NCBI GenBank assembly: GCA_017555845.1
Contig: JAFZFO010000052.1
Coordinates: forward strand, 5,542-69,541
DNA: 64,000 nucleotides
Direction of reading: 5' to 3'
DNA from: Bacteroidaceae bacterium
Lineage (GTDB): Bacteria > Bacteroidota > Bacteroidia > Bacteroidales > Bacteroidaceae
The position numbers were made by a program, and so were the translations under genes. The notes beneath the pieces are model-generated. The model did no database searches. It saw only the letters and a program-made list of their open reading frames with translations, and was not told where the DNA came from. This document shows, one piece after another, positions 1-10,801 of the stretch; the stretch's first letter is position 1, and the number at the start of each line of letters is the position of its first letter.

Positions 1-138
1 ACCGAAGCATTTACTCAACCTTTTATAACCTTTTCCAACAAACCAAAACTAAGTTATAAAAAATATGTCTTTAAAAAGTTTTGAGTCATATCCCGTTTTT
101 TACAAGCCGGGATCACTCAGCTACGCTTGAGGCGGGAA

Positions 139-519
139 TTACTTCTTAGCCTTAGGACGCTTAGCACCATACTTAGAACGACGCTGTGTACGGTTAGCTA
201 CACCTGCAGTATCAAGAGTACCGCGAACGATGTGATAGCGTACACCTGGGAGGTCCTTAACACGGCCACCACGTACCAATACGATTGAGTGCTCCTGCAA
301 GTTGTGACCTTCACCTGGGATGTAAGAGTTTACCTCCTTCTGGTTTGTCAAACGCACACGAGCAACCTTTCTCATCGCAGAGTTAGGTTTCTTTGGAGTT
401 GTAGTGTAAACACGTACACACACACCACGACGCTGTGGACAGTTGTCGAGTGCGGGCGACTTGCTCTTCTCTACAATAACCTCTCTGCCTTTTCTTACTA
501 ATTGCTGAATTGTAGGCAT
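139..519 (-). CDS. rpsL: 30S ribosomal protein S12
   Basis: 126-aa ORF starting [12 protein letters not shown], with [13 protein letters not shown] and [16 protein letters not shown]. This is the near-universal S12 sequence. Confidence 0.98.
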   Translation of the reverse strand: MPTIQQLVRKGREVIVEKSKSPALDNCPQRRGVCVRVYTTTPKKPNSAMRKVARVRLTNQKEVNSYIPGEGHNLQEHSIVLVRGGRVKDLPGVRYHIVRGTLDTAGVANRTQRRSKYGAKRPKAKK

Positions 520-606
520 TTTGTTAAATTTTTAATTATTATATATTGTTTTTAAATATTTCTGCTCATGTGGACACATCAAAACACGATAGCCCATTTT
601 GGACTG

Positions 607-614
607 CAAAGGTA
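607..614 (-). promoter_or_regulatory. Bacteroidetes -7 promoter box (TACCTTTG on the minus strand) upstream of rpsL
   Basis: Plus-strand CAAAGGTA is the reverse complement of the consensus TAnnTTTG. It lies 88 bp upstream of the rpsL start. Confidence 0.45.
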
Positions 615-824
615 AAAATTATTTTTCTAATAAAAAAGCATTTGCTCTCTTTTTAGCAAGAGGCAGACTGCAAAAAACCATTTTTGTTGAAAAAACAGCC
701 TCAAAAGGACTCCAAAACGGCTATTTTCATTGTTAAAAAATCTTAAATTATACTTCAAGGACATTTTTATTGAGACCAAAGGAGAAAAAACAGTTTTTTC
801 CGCAGGAAACTGTATCTTTAATAG

Positions 825-858
825 CAAAAAAAGGAGCGGCGGCCACAGCCGTCGCTCC
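825..858 (-). terminator. Rho-independent terminator after the 748-aa gene
   Basis: 10-bp stem GGAGCGGCGG/CCGTCGCTCC (one G-U pair) with a 6-nt loop. The plus-strand A-run at 826-832 gives a U-run on the minus strand. Confidence 0.7.
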
Positions 859-880
859 CACTATATATATTATAAGGTAT

Positions 881-3127
881 TTACTCTGCATTAGTTTCAG
901 CAGGTGCTGGTGCATCTGCAACAGCAGCATCCGCATTTTCCACAGCAGCCTCGGGTGTCTCAACCACCTCCACCTCGGCTTTATTGAAGCAAGACAAAGG
1001 AGACTGAAGACCAACAAACGAAAGGATGTTACCAAGCCACAAACCGGCAACAACAACTGCAATTGTAGCCAAAGACAAAAGCCAGCTCAACCATTTTGGA
1101 AGACCTTTCTTCGCATATGGATCCTTCAGCTTGAGCTTTGGGAATTTAGCAACATCGGTCAAAGTCTCACCGAACAGAATGTTGATCTTTGAAGATGCAT
1201 TGACAGCCCAACCGTTGGCATTGAGCAATGGAGCAATGTTACGACGGCGCAACTTCATCCAAGCGAGGATCATTGCAGGACCGGAGATGAACATCATAAT
1301 ACCGATAAAGATACCGATATACTGCCACCATACAAATCCCCTGAAAGATTCCAAGATACCAGCCAAAGCTGTACCGATCATACCGACAGCCACACCAATG
1401 GCAGCAAAGATACCGGCAAACTTGGCAATATCAAACGGAGGCGTTGCTGCCTTCTCTTCGCCATCGGCAGCTTTTGCGGCAGGAACTGCATTGATTTTCG
1501 CATTGGCGTCATTCATCATTGCAGCATCCTTCTCTGCTGCATTTTTATTGATGAGATTCTCAATAGTCTTTGCCATTCTGCGATAAGGAGACCAGAAAGC
1601 CTGACCTACGCTGATCGGGTTCTCTACAATCTTGGTAATGACAGCATCCCACATGAGCCCGTCATTATCAAAATAGATCGCATTCTTGCCGACAAAGAGA
1701 TCACCTATATCACCGACCGTCACAGCAGCAACAATACTTCTCTTTGCTGCGCTTGTCTTGGTTGTACAGTCGCAATAAACAAGATAGATGCCACTTGCAG
1801 GAGCCATAGCATTATGTTTTGCCATATCGGCAACGTTCATACACATGCGGCACTCACGCTGATCGATAAGCAGGCGACCGCTCTGGAAGATTGCCTTCAC
1901 ATTCTTGTCTCTGCAATAGAAATCCTGGAAAGTAACGTAGTTGCGTAGCAAACGGTAGAAATCGCGGTAGATATGCAGGAATTTATCCACCATATCAATA
2001 CCATCGGCTGTCTCCTTAAGTTCAAGATCCTGCGCTATAAGGTCAAGCAACGCCTGCTTCTTGTCATCTGCAAGCATCTGCTTGATTGCCTCAAGACCCA
2101 ATGCCTCAACCTCAGCACCCTTCTTGGCAGCCTTCCATGCGTTGTATGCCGCAAAAGTAGCACCAATGGCAGCCCAAGACTCCTCGGTAAGCGCCTTCTC
2201 CTTTGGCTTCACGATTGAAACAAGTGTATTGAACTTTGATGCCCAAGCGGGGTTTATAGCAGTATCAAGAGCCAAATCGGCCTTACCTGTGATGCGCGCA
2301 ATAGGATATGCGGCAATCTCCTCGGTCTTGCCGGTAAGGTTTTCGGCGCTGATTACCTCGATGAGACCGGTCTGTACATCAAGCTTCATAGCACTCTCGG
2401 GAGCAAATGAAGCGAGCTTTGCACGAACGAAATAGTCCTTTACCTTTGCATCGAGTGCATTGTAAGCCTCGATAGCCTTGTCTGTATCGGCACCATAAGG
2501 AGCTTCAACAGCAGCCTCACTCCATGCCACATAATCGGCCAACAGCTGATAGAACTTCTCAATGAGTTCTGCATTCACACCGTTATCGCCGCTACGGTCC
2601 ATAACACCGCCCAAAGCATTTACAATTGCCTCAACAACAGCCTTATCACCATCGTTCTCGGGGGTCTGAGCAGTTATCACTCCATCGCCATTGAAACGGG
2701 TCTTTGCAAAAATCGCTGTTATATCCTTTGTGTCAGCCAAAGAGATTACAGTACCCTCTTTACCGAGATTTACAAGAATCTGCTTTGCCGAGTTATAGAG
2801 CCTCTTACCGTCAGCATTCTCCTGATTGAATGCCTCAATATCAATATTGTCAGCACCCTTTACCAACAGCTCAGCATCATTCACAACTGAAGTCAACCAC
2901 TGCGATGTAGCAATAACATCGTTTACACGAATTCGGCCATCATTGTCGGTATCAATGCACTTCAAACTCTTCTCATCAATATCAAGACCTACAGTAGGAC
3001 ATGAAAGCACAGTCCACTTCTTGAGGTCCAACTCTGCCAAATGAGCGATATCTGCACCTGTAGTAATCTTCACACGTGTAGAACCGCCGACATTGTCATA
3101 GTTCCATGAATGTTTTTTAGTTGCCAT
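881..3127 (-). CDS. Hypothetical large membrane-anchored protein with EF-hand/dockerin-like Ca-binding loops
   Basis: 748-aa ORF. It has two DxDxDG-type loops (DTDNDGRIRVND near the N-terminus and FNGDGVITAQ), a long Ala/Lys/Glu-rich helical region, and three to four C-terminal hydrophobic helices (FAGIFAAIGVAVGMIGTALAGIL, WWQYIGIFIGIMMFISGPAMILAW, WLSWLLSLATIAVVVAGLWLGNIL). It ends in an acidic Ala/Glu/Pro tail. I do not recognise the family. It starts 28 bp after the obg stop. Confidence 0.75.
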   Translation of the reverse strand: MATKKHSWNYDNVGGSTRVKITTGADIAHLAELDLKKWTVLSCPTVGLDIDEKSLKCIDTDNDGRIRVNDVIATSQWLTSVVNDAELLVKGADNIDIEAFNQENADGKRLYNSAKQILVNLGKEGTVISLADTKDITAIFAKTRFNGDGVITAQTPENDGDKAVVEAIVNALGGVMDRSGDNGVNAELIEKFYQLLADYVAWSEAAVEAPYGADTDKAIEAYNALDAKVKDYFVRAKLASFAPESAMKLDVQTGLIEVISAENLTGKTEEIAAYPIARITGKADLALDTAINPAWASKFNTLVSIVKPKEKALTEESWAAIGATFAAYNAWKAAKKGAEVEALGLEAIKQMLADDKKQALLDLIAQDLELKETADGIDMVDKFLHIYRDFYRLLRNYVTFQDFYCRDKNVKAIFQSGRLLIDQRECRMCMNVADMAKHNAMAPASGIYLVYCDCTTKTSAAKRSIVAAVTVGDIGDLFVGKNAIYFDNDGLMWDAVITKIVENPISVGQAFWSPYRRMAKTIENLINKNAAEKDAAMMNDANAKINAVPAAKAADGEEKAATPPFDIAKFAGIFAAIGVAVGMIGTALAGILESFRGFVWWQYIGIFIGIMMFISGPAMILAWMKLRRRNIAPLLNANGWAVNASSKINILFGETLTDVAKFPKLKLKDPYAKKGLPKWLSWLLSLATIAVVVAGLWLGNILSFVGLQSPLSCFNKAEVEVVETPEAAVENADAAVADAPAPAETNAE

Positions 3128-3155
3128 AATCTATATATGTTTGTGTTTTATATAC

Positions 3156-4316
3156 TTATTCCTCGTCAAAATCAAACTCCTCATAGTTGAAGTCATCATC
3201 CTCATCGCCGTCCGCATCATACTCAAGATCATCTTCCCAATCGGCAAAGTCGGCTGCAAGCATCTTGCGGTCATAGTTACGGTGAACGAGTTCTTCGCGC
3301 TTGACAGCTGCCAGACGGTTCTCCTCACTGTTTAGCGCTGCCCAGAGTATATCCTTCAGTTCCTGTATACCCTCGCCGGTAGGCGCCGAGATAAAGACAT
3401 AAGGTATATCTTCAGGCAGATTCTCCGACAGCATCTCCTTGAGTTCCTCATCGATAAGGTCACACTTTGTAATTGCAAGGACACGCTGTTTGTCGAGCAT
3501 CTCGGGGTTGAAGGTTGCAAGTTCGTTGAGCAGCACCTCATACTCTTTTTTGATGTCATCGGCATCAGCTGGCACCATGAACAGAAGCAGTGAGTTACGC
3601 TCGATGTGACGCAAGAAGCGCAGTCCCAAGCCCCTACCCTGGCTTGCTCCCTCAATGATACCGGGGATATCGGCCATCACGAATGACTTGTTGTCGCGAT
3701 ACGAAACGATACCCAGGTTGGGCTCAAGTGTAGTAAACGGATAATTTGCAATTTTGGGCTTTGCTGCCGACACAGAAGAGAGCAATGTCGACTTTCCGGC
3801 ATTTGGGAAACCCACAAGACCCACATCGGCAAGCAATTTAAGCTCCAATGTCACGGTCATCTCCTGCATTGGTTCGCCCGGCTGCGCAAAGCGTGGAGCC
3901 TGACGTGTAGGAGTCGCAAAGTGTACGTTTCCAAGACCGCCACGTCCACCCTTCAGCAGAGTAACGAGCTGGCCATCCTCCATGACATCGCAGAGAAACT
4001 CTCCGGTCTCGGCATTGTATGCCACAGTACCGCATGGAACATCAACGATCTTGCTTTCTCCATCGGCACCGGTACTCTTGTTGATACCACCATTCTGGCC
4101 GTTTCCGGCAAAGATGTGGCGTTGGTATTTGAGGTGCAGCAGTGTCCAATAGTTGCGGTTTCCGCGCAGGATGATGTCACCACCCTTACCGCCGTCGCCA
4201 CCATCGGGACCACCATTAGGAATATATTTTGCGCGATGCAAGTGAGCCATACCGCGACCTCCGCGGCCTGAACGGCACACAATCTTTACATAATCGATAA
4301 AATTTGATTCTGCCAT
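3156..4316 (-). CDS. obg: GTPase Obg/CgtA
   Basis: Glycine-rich Obg fold ([15 protein letters not shown]), G1 motif GFPNAGKST, and an acidic C-terminal tail. Start placed at the internal [12 protein letters not shown] (cat at 4314-4316), which matches the usual Bacteroides Obg N-terminus. The ORF itself extends to 4349. Confidence 0.95.
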   Translation of the reverse strand: MAESNFIDYVKIVCRSGRGGRGMAHLHRAKYIPNGGPDGGDGGKGGDIILRGNRNYWTLLHLKYQRHIFAGNGQNGGINKSTGADGESKIVDVPCGTVAYNAETGEFLCDVMEDGQLVTLLKGGRGGLGNVHFATPTRQAPRFAQPGEPMQEMTVTLELKLLADVGLVGFPNAGKSTLLSSVSAAKPKIANYPFTTLEPNLGIVSYRDNKSFVMADIPGIIEGASQGRGLGLRFLRHIERNSLLLFMVPADADDIKKEYEVLLNELATFNPEMLDKQRVLAITKCDLIDEELKEMLSENLPEDIPYVFISAPTGEGIQELKDILWAALNSEENRLAAVKREELVHRNYDRKMLAADFADWEDDLEYDADGDEDDDFNYEEFDFDEE

Positions 4317-4364
4317 AACTTCTACTTTAAGACCCTCACGGGCTGTCAAACAAATAAACAGTAA

Positions 4365-4389
4365 AAGTTGCCACCCTTGGCGGCAACTT
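4365..4389 (-). terminator. Hairpin between adk and obg (weak terminator or attenuator)
   Basis: 8-bp stem AAGTTGCC/GGCAACTT with a 9-nt loop. On the minus strand it is followed by TTTTAC and a T-rich tract. Confidence 0.35.
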
Positions 4390-4423
4390 ATTTTTCACGG
4401 AGCAAAATGTCTGCCCCGTTCAT

Positions 4424-4996
4424 TTACATTCTGGAATCGATAGCCGCAGCAATGTCATCAAAGATGCGGTCAAGTTCACCAAGACCATTGATGTAACAGT
4501 GCTTGCCATCATTCTTATACCACTCCTTGAGCGGAGATGTCTGCTCATTATACACAACAAGGCGTTTCTTGATAGTCTCCTCATTGTCATCGGCTCTGCC
4601 CGAGAGCTGTCCGCGGAGCAAAAGGCGCTTCATAAGCTCATCCTCGGGAACATCAAGTTCAATCATCGCTGTGACATCCTGACCGCGCTCGTTCAACATT
4701 GCCTTCAAGGCCTCGGCCTGCGCAATAGTACGTGGAAAACCGTCAAATATCACACCATTTCCGCTTGTGAGCGAGTCAAGTTTAGAAGCGAGGATGCTTA
4801 TCATCAATTCATCGGGAATAAGTTGTCCTTTGTCGATGATTCTCTTTGCAGTCTCACCCAACTCTGTTCCGGCAGCAATCTCACCACGCAGAACCTCGCC
4901 TGTTGAAATATGGTTCAAGCCATACTTTGCAACAATTCTCTCGCTTTGTGTACCCTTACCACTACCGGGAGCACCAAAAATTACTATATTAAGCAT
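4424..4996 (-). CDS. adk: Adenylate kinase
   Basis: P-loop at the N-terminus (MLNIVIFGAPGSGKGTQ), plus GFPRTIAQAE and typical short-type Adk length (190 aa). Confidence 0.96.
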   Translation of the reverse strand: MLNIVIFGAPGSGKGTQSERIVAKYGLNHISTGEVLRGEIAAGTELGETAKRIIDKGQLIPDELMISILASKLDSLTSGNGVIFDGFPRTIAQAEALKAMLNERGQDVTAMIELDVPEDELMKRLLLRGQLSGRADDNEETIKKRLVVYNEQTSPLKEWYKNDGKHCYINGLGELDRIFDDIAAAIDSRM

Positions 4997-5010
4997 TGTA
5001 TAATCTTCTT

Positions 5011-5547
5011 TTATTCTTTAACATCGTACACATCGGGAAGGTTGCGGCCAAGACCATCATAATCAAGACCATAACCGACAATAAACCTGTCGGGAATTTC
5101 AAAAGCCGAATACTTTACCTCAACAGGAACGCGCAGACGCGCAGGCTTCAGGAAAAGAGACGCAATTGCGAGAGAAGCCGGGTTACTCTGAGCCAATGTC
5201 TCAAGCATCTTGTGCATTGTAAGGCCTGTATCCACAATATCCTCAACCACAATCACATCACGACCTGTTATCGATTCATTGAGCCCCATCACCTGATTTA
5301 CAGTACCGGTAGTCTCGGAACCCTGATATGAAGAGAACTTTACAAAAGAGATTTCACACTCAATCTCAAGATTCTTCATCAGATCGGACACAAACATAAA
5401 ACAGCCGTTCAGGACACCAAGAAGCAAAGGACGCTTTCCTGCATAATCCCTGTTGATTCTCTCTGCTACCTCCTTCACGCGGGCTGCAATCTCTTCGCTG
5501 GGAATTGATTTTACAAATTCTTTGTCGTGTATCTTTATTGTTGACAT
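5011..5547 (-). CDS. hpt: Hypoxanthine phosphoribosyltransferase
   Basis: 178 aa with the PRPP-binding motif VIVVEDIVDTGLT and C-terminal FIVGYGLDY. Confidence 0.93.
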   Translation of the reverse strand: MSTIKIHDKEFVKSIPSEEIAARVKEVAERINRDYAGKRPLLLGVLNGCFMFVSDLMKNLEIECEISFVKFSSYQGSETTGTVNQVMGLNESITGRDVIVVEDIVDTGLTMHKMLETLAQSNPASLAIASLFLKPARLRVPVEVKYSAFEIPDRFIVGYGLDYDGLGRNLPDVYDVKE

Positions 5548-5578
5548 ACTAATTTCTTTCTTTTACGTTAGTACCACG

Positions 5579-5586
5579 CAAATGTA
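5579..5586 (-). promoter_or_regulatory. -7 promoter box (TACATTTG on the minus strand) for the hpt-adk-obg transcription unit
   Basis: Plus-strand CAAATGTA, 32 bp upstream of the hpt start. Confidence 0.5.
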
Positions 5587-5759
5587 AAACAAAGTTACGG
5601 AAAAACCGCAAGGTTTGCGTCATTTTATTAACAGCAACGACAAATAAAGACCTTATATATAAGTTAAGTCATCTTTTAGAACCGAAATTAAAAACAAATT
5701 ACTATCTTCGCGCCATATTAGAGTTTTTGCGCCCACGCAAAAGATAACCCATAAGAACA

Positions 5760-6830
5760 ATGAAAAAGCTCATTACTGCAATCATACTGGCATTGGCGAC
5801 ACCAGGCATGGCACAGTCAATCCTGAATTCCTTTTTTCCCGGTACAAGCGAAGGAGTCACATACTACCTGCCCGACACCAGGATAAACATCACAGTTGAG
5901 GCTTACTGTGTGACACAGACTCCTGGCGAGTTCTACAGCTATGCCGAGAGATTCCTGCACATGAAGAATGTCATTTCCGAAGCCAGCAACCGTTGGGAGA
6001 TGACTGATATCAAGAGCAGCTGCGAGGGCGTTCCATGCAAGGAGAAATCATACATGATCAGCCTTAACAGCAGTACCGCAAGCAACATCAGGCTCAACGA
6101 CAAGGGCATAATCAATGCCATAAACACGACACTCCCCGATGAGCAAGTAAGCGACAAGGCCAAAAGCAGTCAGAGCGGCGGCAACAGAACCGACGCATCG
6201 CAATACATGACCGAGGAGATGCTCACTGCCACATCAACGGCAAAGATGGCCGAACTGACAGCCAAGGAGATATATGCAATACGCGAAAGCAAGCTTGCCA
6301 TAACACGTGGACAGGCCGAGAACATGCCAAGCGACGGTGCCGCAATATCATTGTTGTTGCAGGAACTTGAAAAGCAGGAGCGTGCACTTACCGAGATGTT
6401 CACAGGACGCACTGACACGGTGTACCACTCATACAGTTTCATCATTGCACCAGAAGAGATCCACGACACCACAAAAGCCGTACTGTTCCGTTTCTCGCAC
6501 AAACTGGGCGTCGTTGATAAGGAGAACCTTGCCGGCGAACCGGTGTATTACAACATCAAGGACCTGAAGACCGTCGAGCACCCCGTCGTGGATGAAACTG
6601 CAAAGAAGAAGACTGCCAAGCAACAGCAGGACGGTATCTGCTACAACATCCCCGGACGTGCAAGACTGGAAGTCTATTCAAGGACAAAGACATATATTGA
6701 AACCGAAATGGCCATAGCACAGTTTGGCATCACAGAGACACTTGCCAAGACCCTGTTCAGCAAGAGCAACGCAGTCAGAGTATTGTTTGACACGGCCACC
6801 GGAGGAATCATAAGCATAAAGAGAAATTAA
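5760..6830 (+). CDS. Secreted or lipoprotein-like protein, probably DUF4831 family
   Basis: Signal peptide MKKLITAIILALATPGMAQ. The N-terminal pattern (GVTYYLPDT..INITVEA...TPGEFYSYAERFL) matches my memory of the Bacteroidales DUF4831 family. No functional motif is visible. Confidence 0.55.
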   Translation: MKKLITAIILALATPGMAQSILNSFFPGTSEGVTYYLPDTRINITVEAYCVTQTPGEFYSYAERFLHMKNVISEASNRWEMTDIKSSCEGVPCKEKSYMISLNSSTASNIRLNDKGIINAINTTLPDEQVSDKAKSSQSGGNRTDASQYMTEEMLTATSTAKMAELTAKEIYAIRESKLAITRGQAENMPSDGAAISLLLQELEKQERALTEMFTGRTDTVYHSYSFIIAPEEIHDTTKAVLFRFSHKLGVVDKENLAGEPVYYNIKDLKTVEHPVVDETAKKKTAKQQQDGICYNIPGRARLEVYSRTKTYIETEMAIAQFGITETLAKTLFSKSNAVRVLFDTATGGIISIKRN

Positions 6831-6851
6831 TAACAAAATATATTTGAAAAG

Positions 6852-8174
6852 ATGTTTGAAAATCTAAGCGAGCGCCTTGAACGCTCATTGAAAATACTCA
6901 AAGGAGAGGGAAGAATTACCGAGGTCAACGTTGCCGAGACATTGAAGGATGTGCGCAAGGCACTGCTCGACGCCGACGTAAACTACAAGGTAGCAAAGAC
7001 ATTTACCGACACCGTAAAGAACAAGGCCATCGGCCAGAACGTGCTCACATCACTGCACCCAAGCCAGCTGATGGTAAAGATCGTTCACGACGAGCTCACA
7101 GCCCTGATGGGTGGCGAGACTGCCGAAATCAACTATGAAGGCCATCCAGCCGTGATCCTCATGTCGGGTCTTCAGGGTAGCGGTAAGACAACATTCTCTT
7201 CAAAGCTTGCCAACTATCTCAAGAAAAAGAAGAACCGCAACCCGCTGTTGGTTGCCTGCGACGTATACCGTCCTGCAGCCATTGACCAGTTGAAGGTTCT
7301 TGGCGAGGCCATTGGCGTGCCCGTATATAGCGAGCCCGAGAGCAAGGACCCCGTACAGATTGCACTGAACGCCATCAAGGAGGCAAAGGCCAAGAGCTAC
7401 AACCTCGTGATCATCGATACCGCCGGTCGCCTGGCTGTTGACGAGGCGATGATGAATGAGATTGCAGCAATCAAGGAGGCTGTCAAGCCAACCGAGACAC
7501 TTTTTGTCGTTGACTCAATGACCGGTCAGGACGCAGTGAACACCGCCAAGGAGTTCAACGACCGTCTGGACTTTACCGGTGTCATCCTTACCAAGCTCGA
7601 CGGCGACACACGTGGTGGTGCAGCGTTGTCGATCCGCACAGTGGTTACAAAGCCCATCAAGTTCATCGGTACAGGCGAGAAGATGGAGGCAATCGACCAG
7701 TTCCACCCCAACCGTATGGCCGACCGTATCCTTGGTATGGGCGACGTGGTTTCACTTGTTGAGCGCGCGCAGGAGCAGTTCGATGAGGAGGAAGCAAAGA
7801 AACTGCAGCGCAAGCTCGCACGCAACCAGTTCGATTTCAATGACTTCCTTACCCAGATACAGCAGATCAAGAAGATGGGTAACATCAAGGACCTTATGGC
7901 CATGATTCCAGGTGTGGGCAAGGCTGTCAAGGATATGGACATCGACGACAACGCTTTCAAGGGAGTTGAGGCAATCATCCAGTCAATGACTCCAAAGGAG
8001 CGTGCAAACCCAGATATCATCAATACATCACGTAAGGAGCGCATTGCCCGCGGTAGCGGTACTACAATGCAGGATGTCAACCGTCTGATGAAGCAGTTCG
8101 AGCAGATACGCAAGACAATGAAGACCTTTGCAGGTGGCAAGATGAATAACATGATGTCAAAATTCAAGTTCTAA
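6852..8174 (+). CDS. ffh: Signal recognition particle protein Ffh
   Basis: 440 aa with the NG domain (GLQGSGKTTF, DTAGRL, TKLDGDTRGGAALS) and a Met-rich M domain. Confidence 0.97.
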   Translation: MFENLSERLERSLKILKGEGRITEVNVAETLKDVRKALLDADVNYKVAKTFTDTVKNKAIGQNVLTSLHPSQLMVKIVHDELTALMGGETAEINYEGHPAVILMSGLQGSGKTTFSSKLANYLKKKKNRNPLLVACDVYRPAAIDQLKVLGEAIGVPVYSEPESKDPVQIALNAIKEAKAKSYNLVIIDTAGRLAVDEAMMNEIAAIKEAVKPTETLFVVDSMTGQDAVNTAKEFNDRLDFTGVILTKLDGDTRGGAALSIRTVVTKPIKFIGTGEKMEAIDQFHPNRMADRILGMGDVVSLVERAQEQFDEEEAKKLQRKLARNQFDFNDFLTQIQQIKKMGNIKDLMAMIPGVGKAVKDMDIDDNAFKGVEAIIQSMTPKERANPDIINTSRKERIARGSGTTMQDVNRLMKQFEQIRKTMKTFAGGKMNNMMSKFKF

Positions 8175-8191
8175 CATAAAAAGACAATCCC

Positions 8192-9073
8192 ATGCAACTT
8201 ATTGACGGCAAGGCTGTAGCAGCACAGATAAAAAAGGAAATTGCAACCGAGGTTAATGAAATATTGGCAAACGGCGGCAAGCGCCCCCACCTTGCCGCAA
8301 TACTTGTGGGACACGACGGCGGCAGCGAGACATACGTAGCCAGCAAAGTGAAGGCCTGCGAGGAGTGCGGTTTCAAGTCGACACTCATCCGATATGAAGC
8401 TGACGTTACCGAGGAGGAGCTGCTTGCCAAGGTTGAAGAGCTGAACAATGATGCCGACGTTGATGGTTTCATTGTCCAGTTGCCTTTGCCCAAGCACATC
8501 GACGAGCAGAAGATAACAGAGGCCATCGACTACCGCAAGGATGTCGACGGTTTCCACCCCGTCAATGCCGGCCGCCTGTCAATTGGACTGCCTTGTTTCC
8601 TCTCGGCAACACCAAATGGTATCATGGAGCTTTTGCGCCGTTACGACATTGATACAAAAGGTAAGAAGTGTGTAGTATTGGGACGCAGCAACATTGTGGG
8701 CAAGCCAATGGCAAACCTCATGATGCAGAAGAGCATCCCCGGGGACGCCACGGTAACCGTCTGCCACAGCCACACACAGAACATTGCCGAGGAGTGCCGT
8801 CAGGCCGACATCATCATTGCTGCATTGGGACAGCCACATTTCCTCAAAGCCGACATGGTGAAGGAAGGTGCGGTAGTCATTGATGTGGGCACAACACGTG
8901 TACCCGATGAGACACGCAAGAGCGGTTTCCGTCTATGCGGCGACGTAGACTTTGATAATGTAGCACCAAAATGCTCGTTCATTACACCCGTTCCGGGCGG
9001 TGTTGGTCCAATGACCATTGTGTCACTCATGAAGAACACCTTGCTTGCCGGCAAACGTGCCATCTACAAATGA
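8192..9073 (+). CDS. folD: Bifunctional methylenetetrahydrofolate dehydrogenase/cyclohydrolase
   Basis: 293 aa with [28 protein letters not shown] and [10 protein letters not shown]. Confidence 0.96.
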   Translation: MQLIDGKAVAAQIKKEIATEVNEILANGGKRPHLAAILVGHDGGSETYVASKVKACEECGFKSTLIRYEADVTEEELLAKVEELNNDADVDGFIVQLPLPKHIDEQKITEAIDYRKDVDGFHPVNAGRLSIGLPCFLSATPNGIMELLRRYDIDTKGKKCVVLGRSNIVGKPMANLMMQKSIPGDATVTVCHSHTQNIAEECRQADIIIAALGQPHFLKADMVKEGAVVIDVGTTRVPDETRKSGFRLCGDVDFDNVAPKCSFITPVPGGVGPMTIVSLMKNTLLAGKRAIYK

Positions 9074-10200
9074 GGCAGACTCTCAGGACTTTTTTAGCAA
9101 CACTTCTCATTTGCGCACAGCCATTGCTGTCAACAGCGCAAATCTTCACTACGCCCATACAACAGGTAGAGCTGCTGTATGCCGGCGATATAATGCAGCA
9201 CGAAGCACAGCTTGACATGGCAAGACAGAGTGATGGAGAGTACAGCTTTTCATACTGTTTCCGCCATATATCGCCATTTGTCAAAAGCACCGACATATCC
9301 ATCGCGAACCTTGAGACAACCATCGGCAAGAGCGGATACAGCGGATACCCGTCGTTCTGCGCTCCGGACAGTTTCCTGTATGCCGTAAAGGATGCCGGAT
9401 TCAAGGTGTTGCTTTTTGCCAACAACCACTGCATGGACAAGGGCAAGCGCGGCGCACTGCACACGCTCGACATGCTCGACAGCCTGCAGATTGCACACTG
9501 CGGAGTATACCGCAACAGTAAGGAACGCGAGGAGAGATACCCGCTCATCGTTGAAGAGAAAGGAGTGCGCGTTGCAATCCTGAACTATACCTACGGCACA
9601 AATGGCAGGGAAGTACCCGCGCCAATGGTGGTCAACCTCATTGACAAGGGAACTATACTAAAGGACATTCAGGCAGCCAAGGAGAAACACCCGGATGCAA
9701 TAATCGCCTGCATGCATTGGGGAGATGAATATGTAAGCCTTCCACCACAGCATATAAAGGAACTGAGCAACTGGCTCATTGAACAGGGTGTCAACCATGT
9801 CATAGGCAATCATCCGCATGTTCTGCAGCCTATTGAGATAAGAGAATCAGAGACCACCCCCGACAGGCACGTTGTAGCCTACTCCATCGGCAACCTGGTA
9901 TCGAACATGTCACTGCGCCGCACAGATGGAGGCATCATGTTGGCAATGAAGCTGCGTAAGATCTTGAACTACACAAGGCCTCTTGACGTACGTTATCTGC
10001 TTACATGGATTGCACCAAGAGAGAGCGAAGGCAAACGCGATTTCACAATCTACCCGGCAGCAACGACAGAGATTAAAGGTTGGAGTAATGCCGAGCAGAA
10101 GCGGCAGCAGTTCATCAGCGACAGCCGTTCACTGTTCGACAGGCACAACAAAGGGGAAATAAAAGAGATATCGATAGACACGGTACGCATCAGTCGATGA
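9070..10200 (+). CDS. CapA-family (PGA_cap metallophosphatase-like) exported protein
   Basis: Signal peptide [24 protein letters not shown]. CapA-type motifs are present: [32 protein letters not shown]. The start ATG at 9070 overlaps the folD stop (ATGA). The longer ORF from 8971 is out-of-frame read-through of the folD 3' end. Confidence 0.8.
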   Translation: MRQTLRTFLATLLICAQPLLSTAQIFTTPIQQVELLYAGDIMQHEAQLDMARQSDGEYSFSYCFRHISPFVKSTDISIANLETTIGKSGYSGYPSFCAPDSFLYAVKDAGFKVLLFANNHCMDKGKRGALHTLDMLDSLQIAHCGVYRNSKEREERYPLIVEEKGVRVAILNYTYGTNGREVPAPMVVNLIDKGTILKDIQAAKEKHPDAIIACMHWGDEYVSLPPQHIKELSNWLIEQGVNHVIGNHPHVLQPIEIRESETTPDRHVVAYSIGNLVSNMSLRRTDGGIMLAMKLRKILNYTRPLDVRYLLTWIAPRESEGKRDFTIYPAATTEIKGWSNAEQKRQQFISDSRSLFDRHNKGEIKEISIDTVRISR

Positions 10201-10801
10201 CAAAACGCTCGCCATTCCAGCGGTACACAAGCTTGCGCAACAGCGGCTTCACTTTTTTGGCATCGTCGGAGCTCATATATGCCGGCATGGTATATTCGGC
10301 AACAAGAGTGTTGTCATCAGCAGAAAGCGCAAGCGCTACCAGATAGATATCACATATATCCATGCACTCAGCGGTCGCCGAAGTAAAGAAATCACTTATT
10401 GACGGATAGGCGAATAACTCACCGCTATCAAGCAGGTTCCACTCCTTGTCATAGAAACAGACGCGGCTGTCGGCAGCCTCGGCCTTGACGCTCTTTACCA
10501 TGCATATGATCGTATCATCAACGACAGGCAACAGTTTCAGCTGCATTGTTGATGATGCAGTCATCGCAAGCAGCAGATAATCATCAGCCAATTCCTTGAG
10601 CACACTCACACCATCAAGTCTATTGGTAATCTTAGCTTCCATTCCGGCCTCAACATAATCGACCATATCGGCACGCAGATTCTTTGTCAATAAAGGGAAT
10701 ACGGCATCGGGTGCATTCAAAAAGATGGAACGCATATTCTGGGCAGGCGCCGATGACGCCACGCACACTAACAACAATATTACAGACAGCAACTTTCTCA
10801 T
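10190..10801 (-). CDS. DUF3256 family protein (exported)
   Basis: Signal peptide followed by the family-typical pattern F.NAPD..FPLLTKN.R.DMVDY.E.GM.A...N...G.S.L..L..DYLLL, then KLLP....I.C.V..V.....DS.V.FY...W. Its 3' end overlaps the CapA 3' end convergently by 11 nt. Confidence 0.65.
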   Translation of the reverse strand: MRKLLSVILLLVCVASSAPAQNMRSIFLNAPDAVFPLLTKNLRADMVDYVEAGMEAKITNRLDGVSVLKELADDYLLLAMTASSTMQLKLLPVVDDTIICMVKSVKAEAADSRVCFYDKEWNLLDSGELFAYPSISDFFTSATAECMDICDIYLVALALSADDNTLVAEYTMPAYMSSDDAKKVKPLLRKLVYRWNGERFVID

